From contig CAVWWD010000008.1 in assembly GCA_963758635.1 (NCBI GenBank), forward strand, positions 224,001-288,000: a stretch of 64,000 nucleotides of DNA, written 5' to 3'. The notes below the pieces were generated by a model. The model was not told where the DNA came from. It saw nothing but the letters and a program-made list of their open reading frames with translations, and did no database searches. The position numbers and the translations under genes are program-made. Every line of letters starts with the position of its first letter. Position 1 is the first letter of the stretch. The stretch comes from an uncultured Candidatus Rokubacteria bacterium (GTDB taxonomy: Bacteria > Methylomirabilota > Methylomirabilia > Rokubacteriales > CSP1-6). Below are positions 56,939-64,000 of this stretch, in pieces.

Positions 56939-57483
56939 GCGCTCCTCGCCGGCGGGGCCTGGGGGAGCGGCGCGCGGTCCGGCTGGACGTGGCCGCAGGC
57001 GCGGCAGGTGCGGAGGTCGCGGCTGGCGTCGAACGCGTCGATGGCGGACTTCAGCTGACCCTCGATGTCACTTACGTGCATGGTCACCTCGTGGAGCCGC
57101 GCGTCGCACCGTTCGCAGAACCAGAGCAGCGACTCCGTCTGCTCGGGCGCGCGCTTCACCTCGACCACCAGGCCCCACGTGTCCGCGGGCCGATGCGGCG
57201 AGTGCGGGGTGAGGCCGGGCACGAGGAGGAGCCCGCCCTCGCGGATCACGTGCTCCTGGCGCTTGCCGTCCTCGAGGGTCTCCACCACCATGGCGCCGCG
57301 CAGCATGTAGAAGATCTCGTCCGAGGGGTCCACGTGGAAGTCGCGGCGGGCGTTCGGCCCGCGCACGATCATCGCGGTGAACTGGGAGTCCTCCCAGATC
57401 ACCTTGTTGCCCACCGGCGGCTCGAACGACGTCCGGTTGTCCTGCACCCACTGCCAGAGGTCGAAGGCGACGAGGGGCTTCAT
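56935..57483 (-). CDS. nbaC: 3-hydroxyanthranilate 3,4-dioxygenase
   Basis: PPVGNK, GPNARRDFH..DEIFY, PHSPHR and rubredoxin-like CERC/CRAC. Confidence 0.9.
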   Translation of the reverse strand: MKPLVAFDLWQWVQDNRTSFEPPVGNKVIWEDSQFTAMIVRGPNARRDFHVDPSDEIFYMLRGAMVVETLEDGKRQEHVIREGGLLLVPGLTPHSPHRPADTWGLVVEVKRAPEQTESLLWFCERCDARLHEVTMHVSDIEGQLKSAIDAFDASRDLRTCRACGHVQPDRAPLPQAPPARSA

Positions 57484-57563
57484 GGCGATGGATGCACGCG
57501 GGGCTTCATGGCGATGGATGCACGCGGGGCTTCATGGCGTGGTGCACGGGGGCTTCATGGCGA
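57474..57563 (-). repeat. Tandem repeat (26+26+23 bp plus partial) reiterating the nbaC start
   Basis: GGGGCTTCATGGCG occurs four times; minus-strand ATGs at 57483, 57509, 57535 and 57558. Confidence 0.92.
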
Positions 57564-57565
57564 GG

Positions 57566-57594
57566 ATGGTAGAGCCTCGCGCGGGCACGGTCAA
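57566..57594 (-). promoter_or_regulatory. Sigma70-like promoter, leaderless at ATG 57558
   Basis: TTGACC-N17-TACCAT-N7-ATG. Confidence 0.65.
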
Positions 57595-57601
57595 TCGGAG
57601 G

Positions 57602-57914
57602 TCAGGCGGTCAGGCGGGAGAGGGGAGGCGGCTCGGGGAATTGCTGGTCCACCACGCGATGGTTGCGGAGGCCGATGGCCTCGCGCTGGATGATGAGCAC
57701 GCGGCGCGCGTCGAGGGCCCGCCGCCGCGCCGCCTCGTACTCCGCGGCGAGCCGGTCGCGGGCCGGCGGATCGGCCGCCGCGAGCGCCCGTCGCGCGGCC
57801 GCGACCTCGGAGAGCGCGGCCTCGAGCCGCTCGCCCGCGCGGCCGAGCGTCGCCGCCTTCTCGGCGCGGATCTCCTCCTCGGTGCGCCGGAGCCCTTCCT
57901 CGCGTCCGCGTCAT
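57602..57914 (-). CDS. Small helical protein, DUF6665-like (indel near the start; not in the ORF track)
   Basis: Hand translation: EEEIRAEKAATLGRAGERLEAAL...IIQREAIGLRNH...; TGA at 57602. Confidence 0.65.
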
Positions 57915-57971
57915 GCCGATGCCGGTCAGCGCAGGCGGGCGCCGCGGCGAGGGCAGCCCCGCGGCGGAGCG

Positions 57972-58589
57972 TCAGGGGGCGGGCTCCAGGTAGCTCTCGA
58001 ACACGCCGGCGTGGACCGCGGCGGGGTCGGCCCCGTTGGGCCAGAGATCCTCGCTGCGGAAGCGCACGTCGTAGGTGGGCTCGTCCGCCGCGGGCACGCC
58101 GTGGGCGTGCGCGTCCGGGAACGGGTAGGCCGGCGACTGGCCCACGATCACGCCGATCTTGCCGCGGATGTAGGCCGGCATGCGGACGTGCCCGGCCACG
58201 TAGTCCTCCTTGACCCGCACGCGGTCGCCGGGCTGGAAGCGGCGCCGGCCGGCCGTGTTCGACCGCCCCGGCGCGCTGGCCAGGGAGAGCGGGAACCGCC
58301 CGCCCGCGCCCTCCTCCAGCTCCTCGCGCGTGACGAAGCCCTTCTCGACGCAGAGCGAGGCGAGGCCGGTCATCGACCGCTCGTAGTAGCTCGCCGACAG
58401 GTAGTGGCGCGGCTCCATGCGCTCGATGGCGTGGCGGTACTCGTCCATGTTGAGGAGGCCGTTCTTCACGGCGAGCGCGACCAGCGCGTTCACCCGCTTC
58501 TCCCACGGAGCGTGGAAGGCCTTCGCCTCGGGCGAGTGACGGACGCGCCCGAATCCCTGCCGGCCCCCGAGATCGTGCATGCCATCCAT
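57972..58589 (-). CDS. nthB: Nitrile hydratase beta subunit
   Basis: MDGMHDLGG..GFG, DEYRHAIERM, GHVRMPAYIRGK and FESYLEP. Confidence 0.93.
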   Translation of the reverse strand: MDGMHDLGGRQGFGRVRHSPEAKAFHAPWEKRVNALVALAVKNGLLNMDEYRHAIERMEPRHYLSASYYERSMTGLASLCVEKGFVTREELEEGAGGRFPLSLASAPGRSNTAGRRRFQPGDRVRVKEDYVAGHVRMPAYIRGKIGVIVGQSPAYPFPDAHAHGVPAADEPTYDVRFRSEDLWPNGADPAAVHAGVFESYLEPAP

Positions 58590-58607
58590 GGAGGGTCTCC
58601 CGCGGCG

Positions 58608-59206
58608 CTACAGGCGCGCCGCGCCGATCATCGAGTCCTTGGTCACGATTCCCGCCAGCCGCTCCTCGGACCAGCCCTCCGTGTGCGCGGGCCGGACGGG
58701 AAGGACCATGTAGCGCGTGTCCGCGGTCGTGTCCCAGACGCGGATCTCGATCTCCGGGGGCAGGTCGAGTCCCATCTCGCGGAGCACGGTCCGTGACTCG
58801 CGCACGACCCGCGCGCGGTACTCGAAGTCCTTGTACCAGTCCGGGGGCAGCCCGATGATCGTGTACGCGGTGCACGAGCACTGCGTGCAGCAGATCACGT
58901 TGTGCACCGCCGGCGTGTTCTCCAGCACCACGAGGTGCCGGTGGTGGGCGGGCATCGTGAGGCCCAGCTCGGCGACGGCGTCCTTGCCGTTGGCGAGCAG
59001 GCGCTGCCGGAAGGCGGGATCGGTCCAGGCCTCGGGCCACCACGCGGCCGCCGTTCTGCGGCACCCACTCCTCGTCGACCCGGCGCGTGTGCTCGTCGAT
59101 GAAGTCGGCGGTCTTCATGCCGTGCGCCTGGAAGGCGGACTCGAGGGCCGCCGCGCGCCGCTCGACGGAGGCCGGGGTGCCCGTGGTCTTCGTGGTGGCT
59201 CGTCAT
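58608..59206 (-). CDS. nthA: Nitrile hydratase alpha subunit (indels in the 5' third)
   Basis: PQNGGRVVA, AWTDPAFR, CTQCSC, GLPPDWYK and RYMVLP.RP. Confidence 0.92.
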
Positions 59207-59322
59207 GTCTCGCGCTCCCAGGTGATCAGGTTGTCACGTCCCACGCAGTCTGCACGTCCCGCCGGCGGTCGCGCAAGCCCGAGCGCCGGCCGTCGCGCCG
59301 GCGGCCTGTCGGTCGACGACGC

Positions 59323-60090
59323 TCACATGGCGGTCAGCCCGCCGTCCACGAAGAGCAGGGTGCCGGTCACGAACGACGCGTCCTCGGACGCGAGGAACAG
59401 GATGCACGCCGCGACCTCCTCGGGCGTGCCGGGCCGCCTCAGCATGGTGCCGCGGGCCGCGTCCTCGCGGTACTGCTCGAAGGTGCGCCCGAGGGCCTGG
59501 ATGCGGCGCTCGTGGAACGGCGTGTAGATCGGCCCCGGGCAGACGGCGTTCACCCGGATGCCCTCGGCGGCGTGGTCCGCGGCCATCCCGCGCGTGAGCC
59601 CGGCCACCGCGGCCTTGGTCGTGTCGTACTGCGTGGTCTTGCCCACGCTCGTCACCGACCGGACCGAGGCCACGTTGACGACGCTGCCGCCGCCGCCCTG
59701 CCGCATCACCGGGATGGCGGCCTTGGCGCAGAACGCGTAGCCCTTCAGGTTCACGCCCAGGATCTCGTCCCAGCTCTCCGCGCTGGCCTCCACCACCGTG
59801 TGGTAGAGGCGGATCCCCGCGTTGTTGACGAGGACGTTGAGGCGCCCGAAGCGCTCCGCGGCGCGCCGCACGAAGGCCGCGGCCTCCGCCTCGCGCTCCA
59901 TGTGCGCTTCCACGAAGAGCGCGCGCCCGCCGCCCGCCTCGATCTCCGCGGCGACACGCTTGCCGCGGTCGACGTCGCGGTCGGCGAAGGCGACGGCCGC
60001 CCCCTCCGCGACGAACCGCCGCACCGTGGCCTCGCCGATGCCGGATGCGCCGCCGCTGACCGCGGCGACCTTCCCGTCCAGTCGTCCCAT
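59323..60090 (-). CDS. SDR oxidoreductase
   Basis: SGGASGIG, NNAG, YDTTK and VDGG. Confidence 0.92.
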   Translation of the reverse strand: MGRLDGKVAAVSGGASGIGEATVRRFVAEGAAVAFADRDVDRGKRVAAEIEAGGGRALFVEAHMEREAEAAAFVRRAAERFGRLNVLVNNAGIRLYHTVVEASAESWDEILGVNLKGYAFCAKAAIPVMRQGGGGSVVNVASVRSVTSVGKTTQYDTTKAAVAGLTRGMAADHAAEGIRVNAVCPGPIYTPFHERRIQALGRTFEQYREDAARGTMLRRPGTPEEVAACILFLASEDASFVTGTLLFVDGGLTAM

Positions 60091-60298
60091 GTCCTCGTCT
60101 CCCTGGCGCGCGGGCTCATGACGTTCTCCGCGGCGCCCGTGACGCGATGCTAGGAGGCGAGGCGCCCCCGCGTCAAGGCGCGAGAGCGCGGGTCTCGCCG
60201 ACGAGCGACCGCGCCCGCGGCGGCCGCCGGCGCCGTGTTGACGCGCGGGCGCGACGCGTGGATCATGGGTCGGTCGAGTCCACAGGAGGAGATCGCGC

Positions 60299-61351
60299 AT
60301 GCGTGGAGTGGTGTTCCTCGGAGATCGTCAGCTCGAGCTGCGCGACTTCCCCGATCCCACGCCGGGGCCGGGCGAGGTCGTGCTCGCCATGAAGGCCTCG
60401 GGGATGTGCGGCAGCGACCTGCATCCGTACCGCGCGTCGCGCGAGGGGGGCGCCGCCGCGTCGCTCGGCCTGGGCGGCCAGGGCGGCCCGGTGATCGCCG
60501 GCCACGAGCCGTGCGGCGTGGTGGCCGCGCGCGGGCCGGGCGTGAGCGAGGAGCAGGCGCCCATCGGCCAGCGCGTGATGAACCACCACTACAAGGGGTG
60601 CGGGCTCTGCAAGCACTGCCGCACCGGCTGGTCGCAGCTCTGCCAGGGCGGCATCACGGTGTACGGGATGACGGGCCACGGCGGCCACGCCGCCTACATG
60701 AAGGCGCCCGCCTTCACGCTGGTGCCGATGCCCGACGAGATCTCGTTCGAGGAAGGCGCGGCGATCTCCTGCGGCACGGGCACGGCGTGGGGCGCGCTCA
60801 AGCGGCTCGGCGTGTCGGGCCGCGACACCGTGGCCATCTTCGGCCAGGGGCCGGTGGGGCTCAGCGGCACGATGCTCGGCGTGGCCATGGGCGCGCGGGT
60901 CATCGCCATCGACGTGGTCCCCGAGCGTCTCGCCCTGGCGAGGGACCTCGGCGCCGACGTGACGATCGACTCCCGCGGGACGGACCCGGTGCAGGCCATC
61001 CGCGACCTCACCCACGGCGAGGGCGCCGACGCCGCCATCGACTGCTCGGCGCACCCCGACGCGCGTCGCGCCACCGTGCGCTCGGTCCGCACCTGGGGCC
61101 AGGCGTGCTTCGTGGGCGAGGGCGGCACCGCCACCCTCGAGGTGAGCCCGGACATGCTGCGGCGCCAGGTCACGCTGCACGCCTCCTGGACGTTCTCCAG
61201 CGTGGGCCAGGCCGAGTGCGCCCGCTTCGTGGCCGACCGCAAGATCCCGCTGGGCCGGCTGCTCACCCACCGGTTCTCGCTGGACCAGGCGGAGAGCGCC
61301 TACAAGCTCTTCGACACCCAGACCACCGGAAAGGGCGTCTTCGTCTTCTGA
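60299..61351 (+). CDS. Zinc-binding (MDR) dehydrogenase
   Basis: MCGSDLH, GHEPCG, CGLCKHC...C and GQGPVG. Confidence 0.92.
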   Translation: MRGVVFLGDRQLELRDFPDPTPGPGEVVLAMKASGMCGSDLHPYRASREGGAAASLGLGGQGGPVIAGHEPCGVVAARGPGVSEEQAPIGQRVMNHHYKGCGLCKHCRTGWSQLCQGGITVYGMTGHGGHAAYMKAPAFTLVPMPDEISFEEGAAISCGTGTAWGALKRLGVSGRDTVAIFGQGPVGLSGTMLGVAMGARVIAIDVVPERLALARDLGADVTIDSRGTDPVQAIRDLTHGEGADAAIDCSAHPDARRATVRSVRTWGQACFVGEGGTATLEVSPDMLRRQVTLHASWTFSSVGQAECARFVADRKIPLGRLLTHRFSLDQAESAYKLFDTQTTGKGVFVF

Positions 61352-61374
61352 TCGCCCCGCCTCCCCGTCCGCTC

Positions 61375-62223
61375 GTGAGCTGGCTCGAGACCTATCGCGG
61401 CACCGTCCACCGCTGGGAGGTGGACCCGGTGGATCACTTCACGGTGGCCTACTACTTCGAGCGCCTCGAGGAGGCCACCGGCGACGCATCCTGCGCGCCG
61501 TCGGTCTCGACGACGCCGTGCCGGCCGTGCGCGAGTGCCGCGTGCGCTACATCCACGAGCTGCGCGTGGGCGACATCCTGCACATCCGGAGCGGCGTGCT
61601 GAGCGCCGACGAGCGAGGGCTCATCCTGGCCCACGAGGTCGTGGACTCGGCGAACGGACAGCGTGTGCACCACGGTGGAGCATGCAGGTCGGCGTCGGCC
61701 CTCGACGCGGCGGGGCGCGAGCGCGCCCGTGCGCTCGCCGCCGTCTGGTCCACGATGCCCGAGCCGCCCCGCCCGGACACGGGCACGGTGCCCGCGGACG
61801 ACGCCGGGTTCGTCGACGCCACGCTCGACACGCGTGAAGCCGTGGGAGCTCGACCGCCACGGCCGTGCCGACTGGCCCGCGCACATCCACCGGTTCACCG
61901 CGGCGAACGGCCACGTCATCGCCGCCTTCGGGATGACGCCCGGGTACATGCGCGAGCAGCGGCGCGGCTTCTCCACGTTCGAGTTCCGGCTGCGCTTCGA
62001 GGGCACGCTCGGGCTCGGGGACCAGGTGCGCGTGCGCAGCGCGCTTCTCCACGTGGGCACCTCGTCGATGCGCATCCTCCACCGGATGGCTGACACCGCC
62101 ACCGGCAAGATCGTGGCCACGCTGGAGCAGTCCGGGGTGCACCTGGACCTGCTCGCGCGCCGGCCCGCCCCGCTGCCCGACGACCTCCGCGCCCGCGCCC
62201 TCGCCCTCGTCGTCGCCCGCTAG
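61375..62223 (+). CDS. Double hot-dog thioesterase-like protein (several indels)
   Basis: GTVHRWEVDPVDHFTVAYY and second half VKPWELD..G; YIHELRVGD and VGTSSMRILH. Confidence 0.7.
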
Positions 62224-62276
62224 CACCAGCTCGCCGCGCGCGGGATGGCTCCGCGTCGCGGGCGGATAATGACGCC

Positions 62277-63875
62277 ATGGCCTCGTTCGGCGATCTGGCC
62301 GACCTGTGCGCCCGGCTCGTCGCCACGCCGGGCCGGCTGGACAAGCGCCGCCTCGTCGCCGCGTTCCTGCGGGGTCTGCCGCGCGGCGAGGTCCCGAGCG
62401 CCGTCGCATACCTCACCGGCCGCGTCTTTCCCGTGTCGGACCCGCGCGTGCTGAGTGTGCGGGGGCTGCCCGCGGGCGCACGCGACGCGACGAGCGCGGA
62501 CGCGCCGGCGGCGAGCGCGGCCTTGACCATCGCCGACGTCGCGGCCGCGTTCGCCGACGTCGCGGAGGCTCGCGGCGCGGGATCGCGTCGCCGCCGCGAG
62601 GAGCGCCTCGGGGTGCTCGTGTCCCGCGCGTCCCCGGCGGAGCGCGACGTGCTCGCGCGGATCGTCTGGGGCGAGATGCGCACGGGGGTGTCGGAGGGCG
62701 TGGTGCTGGAGGCCATCGCGGAGGCGTCGGGCGCGCCCGTGGAGGCGGTGCGCCGCGCCGCGCTCTTCCTGGGCGACCTCTCCGTGGTGGCCGAGCTCGC
62801 CCTCGGCGACGGCGCCGGCGCGCTGGCCGCCGTGGCGCCGCGGCCGTTCGTGCCGCTGGCTCCGATGCTCGCCGAGCTCGCGCAGGACTTCGACGAGGTG
62901 CTGGGCGCCCACGGCGGCCGCACCGCGCTCGAGTTCAAGTACGACGGGGCGCGCATCCAGCTCCACGGAGACGGTGAGCGCGTGTCGATCTGGAGCCGCC
63001 GCCTCTCCAACGTCACGAGGAGCCTGCCCGAGGTGGTGGAGATCGCGCGGCGCGACCTCCGCGGCGCGCCCTTCGTGCTGGACGGCGAGGTCGTCGCCCG
63101 CGACGCGGCCGGACGCCCGCTGCCGTTCCAGGAGCTCATGCGGCGCTTCCGCCGCATCCACGGCGTCGAACGGCTCGCCGAGGCCATGCCGCTGTCGCTG
63201 CACTTCTTCGACTGCCTCGTCCTCGAGGGGCGCTCGCTGATCGACGCGCCCTACGCCCTGCGATGGGAAGCCCTCGAGCGCGCCACCGGCGGCCGCTACC
63301 TCGCCGAGCGCTCCGTGGTCACCTCGGTCGAGGAGGCGCGCGACGTGCACACGCGCGCCGTGGCGGCCGGCCACGAGGGCGTCGTGGCCAAGAACCTCGC
63401 CAGCACCTACGAGCCGGGCGGGCGGGGCAAGCGCTGGTTCAAGCTCAAGGCGGCGGAGACGGTGGACTGTGTCATCGTGGCCGCAGATCGCGGCTCGGGC
63501 CGCCGCGTGGGATGGCTGTCCAACTACCATCTCGCGGTGGCCGACGGCGAGGGCTGGGCCGAGGTGGGCAAGACGTTCAAGGGCCTGACCGACCGCGAGT
63601 TCGACGCGATGACGGCCCGGCTCGGCGCGCTCGCGGTGGCCGACGACGGCTACACCGTGCGCGTGCGCCCGGAGGTGGTGGTGGAGGTGGCGTACAACGA
63701 GATCCAGCGGAGCCCCACGTATCCCTCGGGGCTCGCGCTCCGCTTCGCGCGCATCGCCCGCATCCGGGACGACAAGGCGCCCGCCCAGGCCACGACGCTC
63801 GGCGAGCTTCGCCGCCTCTACGACCGGCAGTTCACGACCAAGGGACGCATCGGTGAGACGGGAGACGAACCGTGA
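62277..63875 (+). CDS. ATP-dependent DNA ligase (LigB/archaeal-type)
   Basis: EFKYDGARIQ, LDGE, FFDCL, EGVVAK, WFKLK and LRFARI..IRDDK. Confidence 0.93.
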   Translation: MASFGDLADLCARLVATPGRLDKRRLVAAFLRGLPRGEVPSAVAYLTGRVFPVSDPRVLSVRGLPAGARDATSADAPAASAALTIADVAAAFADVAEARGAGSRRRREERLGVLVSRASPAERDVLARIVWGEMRTGVSEGVVLEAIAEASGAPVEAVRRAALFLGDLSVVAELALGDGAGALAAVAPRPFVPLAPMLAELAQDFDEVLGAHGGRTALEFKYDGARIQLHGDGERVSIWSRRLSNVTRSLPEVVEIARRDLRGAPFVLDGEVVARDAAGRPLPFQELMRRFRRIHGVERLAEAMPLSLHFFDCLVLEGRSLIDAPYALRWEALERATGGRYLAERSVVTSVEEARDVHTRAVAAGHEGVVAKNLASTYEPGGRGKRWFKLKAAETVDCVIVAADRGSGRRVGWLSNYHLAVADGEGWAEVGKTFKGLTDREFDAMTARLGALAVADDGYTVRVRPEVVVEVAYNEIQRSPTYPSGLALRFARIARIRDDKAPAQATTLGELRRLYDRQFTTKGRIGETGDEP

Positions 63876-64000
63876 ACGCTCAGACAGGCCCCATCGAGTT
63901 CTTCGACCCGCCTGGCGCCCCCGCGCCCGGCGCCTTCTCGCGGGCCACGCGGGCCGCCGGCCTCGTCTTCGTATCCGGCACCAGCGCGGGGCCCGGACCC
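63872..64000 (+). CDS. RidA family protein (partial)
   Basis: APAPGAFSRATRAAGLVFVSG; GTGA overlap with the ligase gene. Confidence 0.7.
   Translation, partial: MNAQTGPIEFFDPPGAPAPGAFSRATRAAGLVFVSGTSAGPGP

Noticed and set aside
57474..57563. Possible mini-CRISPR or Trp attenuator
   Set aside because: Repeats are contiguous without spacers; the peptides contain no Trp and no terminator is evident.
62277..63875. ATP-dependent ligase as a phage or NHEJ marker
   Set aside because: LigB-type architecture without Ku, polymerase/nuclease domains or phage genes nearby.

Overview
A very GC-rich bacterial window, densely coding, with about 58 genes or gene remnants. The style (many ABC substrate-binding proteins, a dCache/multi-GAF kinase, many oxidoreductases) suggests Candidatus Rokubacteria/Methylomirabilota, but that is inference only. 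Roughly 15 otherwise intact genes carry small indels, which points to an unpolished long-read assembly. Main content: catabolic enzymes (two enolase-superfamily proteins, a split ThDP decarboxylase, acyl-CoA dehydrogenases, SDRs, LLM enzymes, tartrate dehydrogenase, 3-hydroxyanthranilate dioxygenase, nitrile hydratase); Liv-type and Dpp-type ABC importers; a fused four-domain ABC exporter; VapBC modules; an 8-gene signalling operon; a plant/fungal-like Fpg; an ATP-dependent ligase. Most notable: (1) a leaderless chain of three ATGA-coupled micro-ORFs, built from a tandem repeat, leading into nbaC; (2) two dispersed repeat families, one amplified 3x80 bp and apparently contributing codons to gene termini; (3) a signalling cascade with two transporter-less binding proteins that ends in a cyclase and a partner-switching module; (4) a nitrile hydratase with a non-canonical CTQCSCT metal site and no recognisable activator. 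I found no rRNA, tRNA, CRISPR array or transposase. All family assignments are by eye, without database searches.
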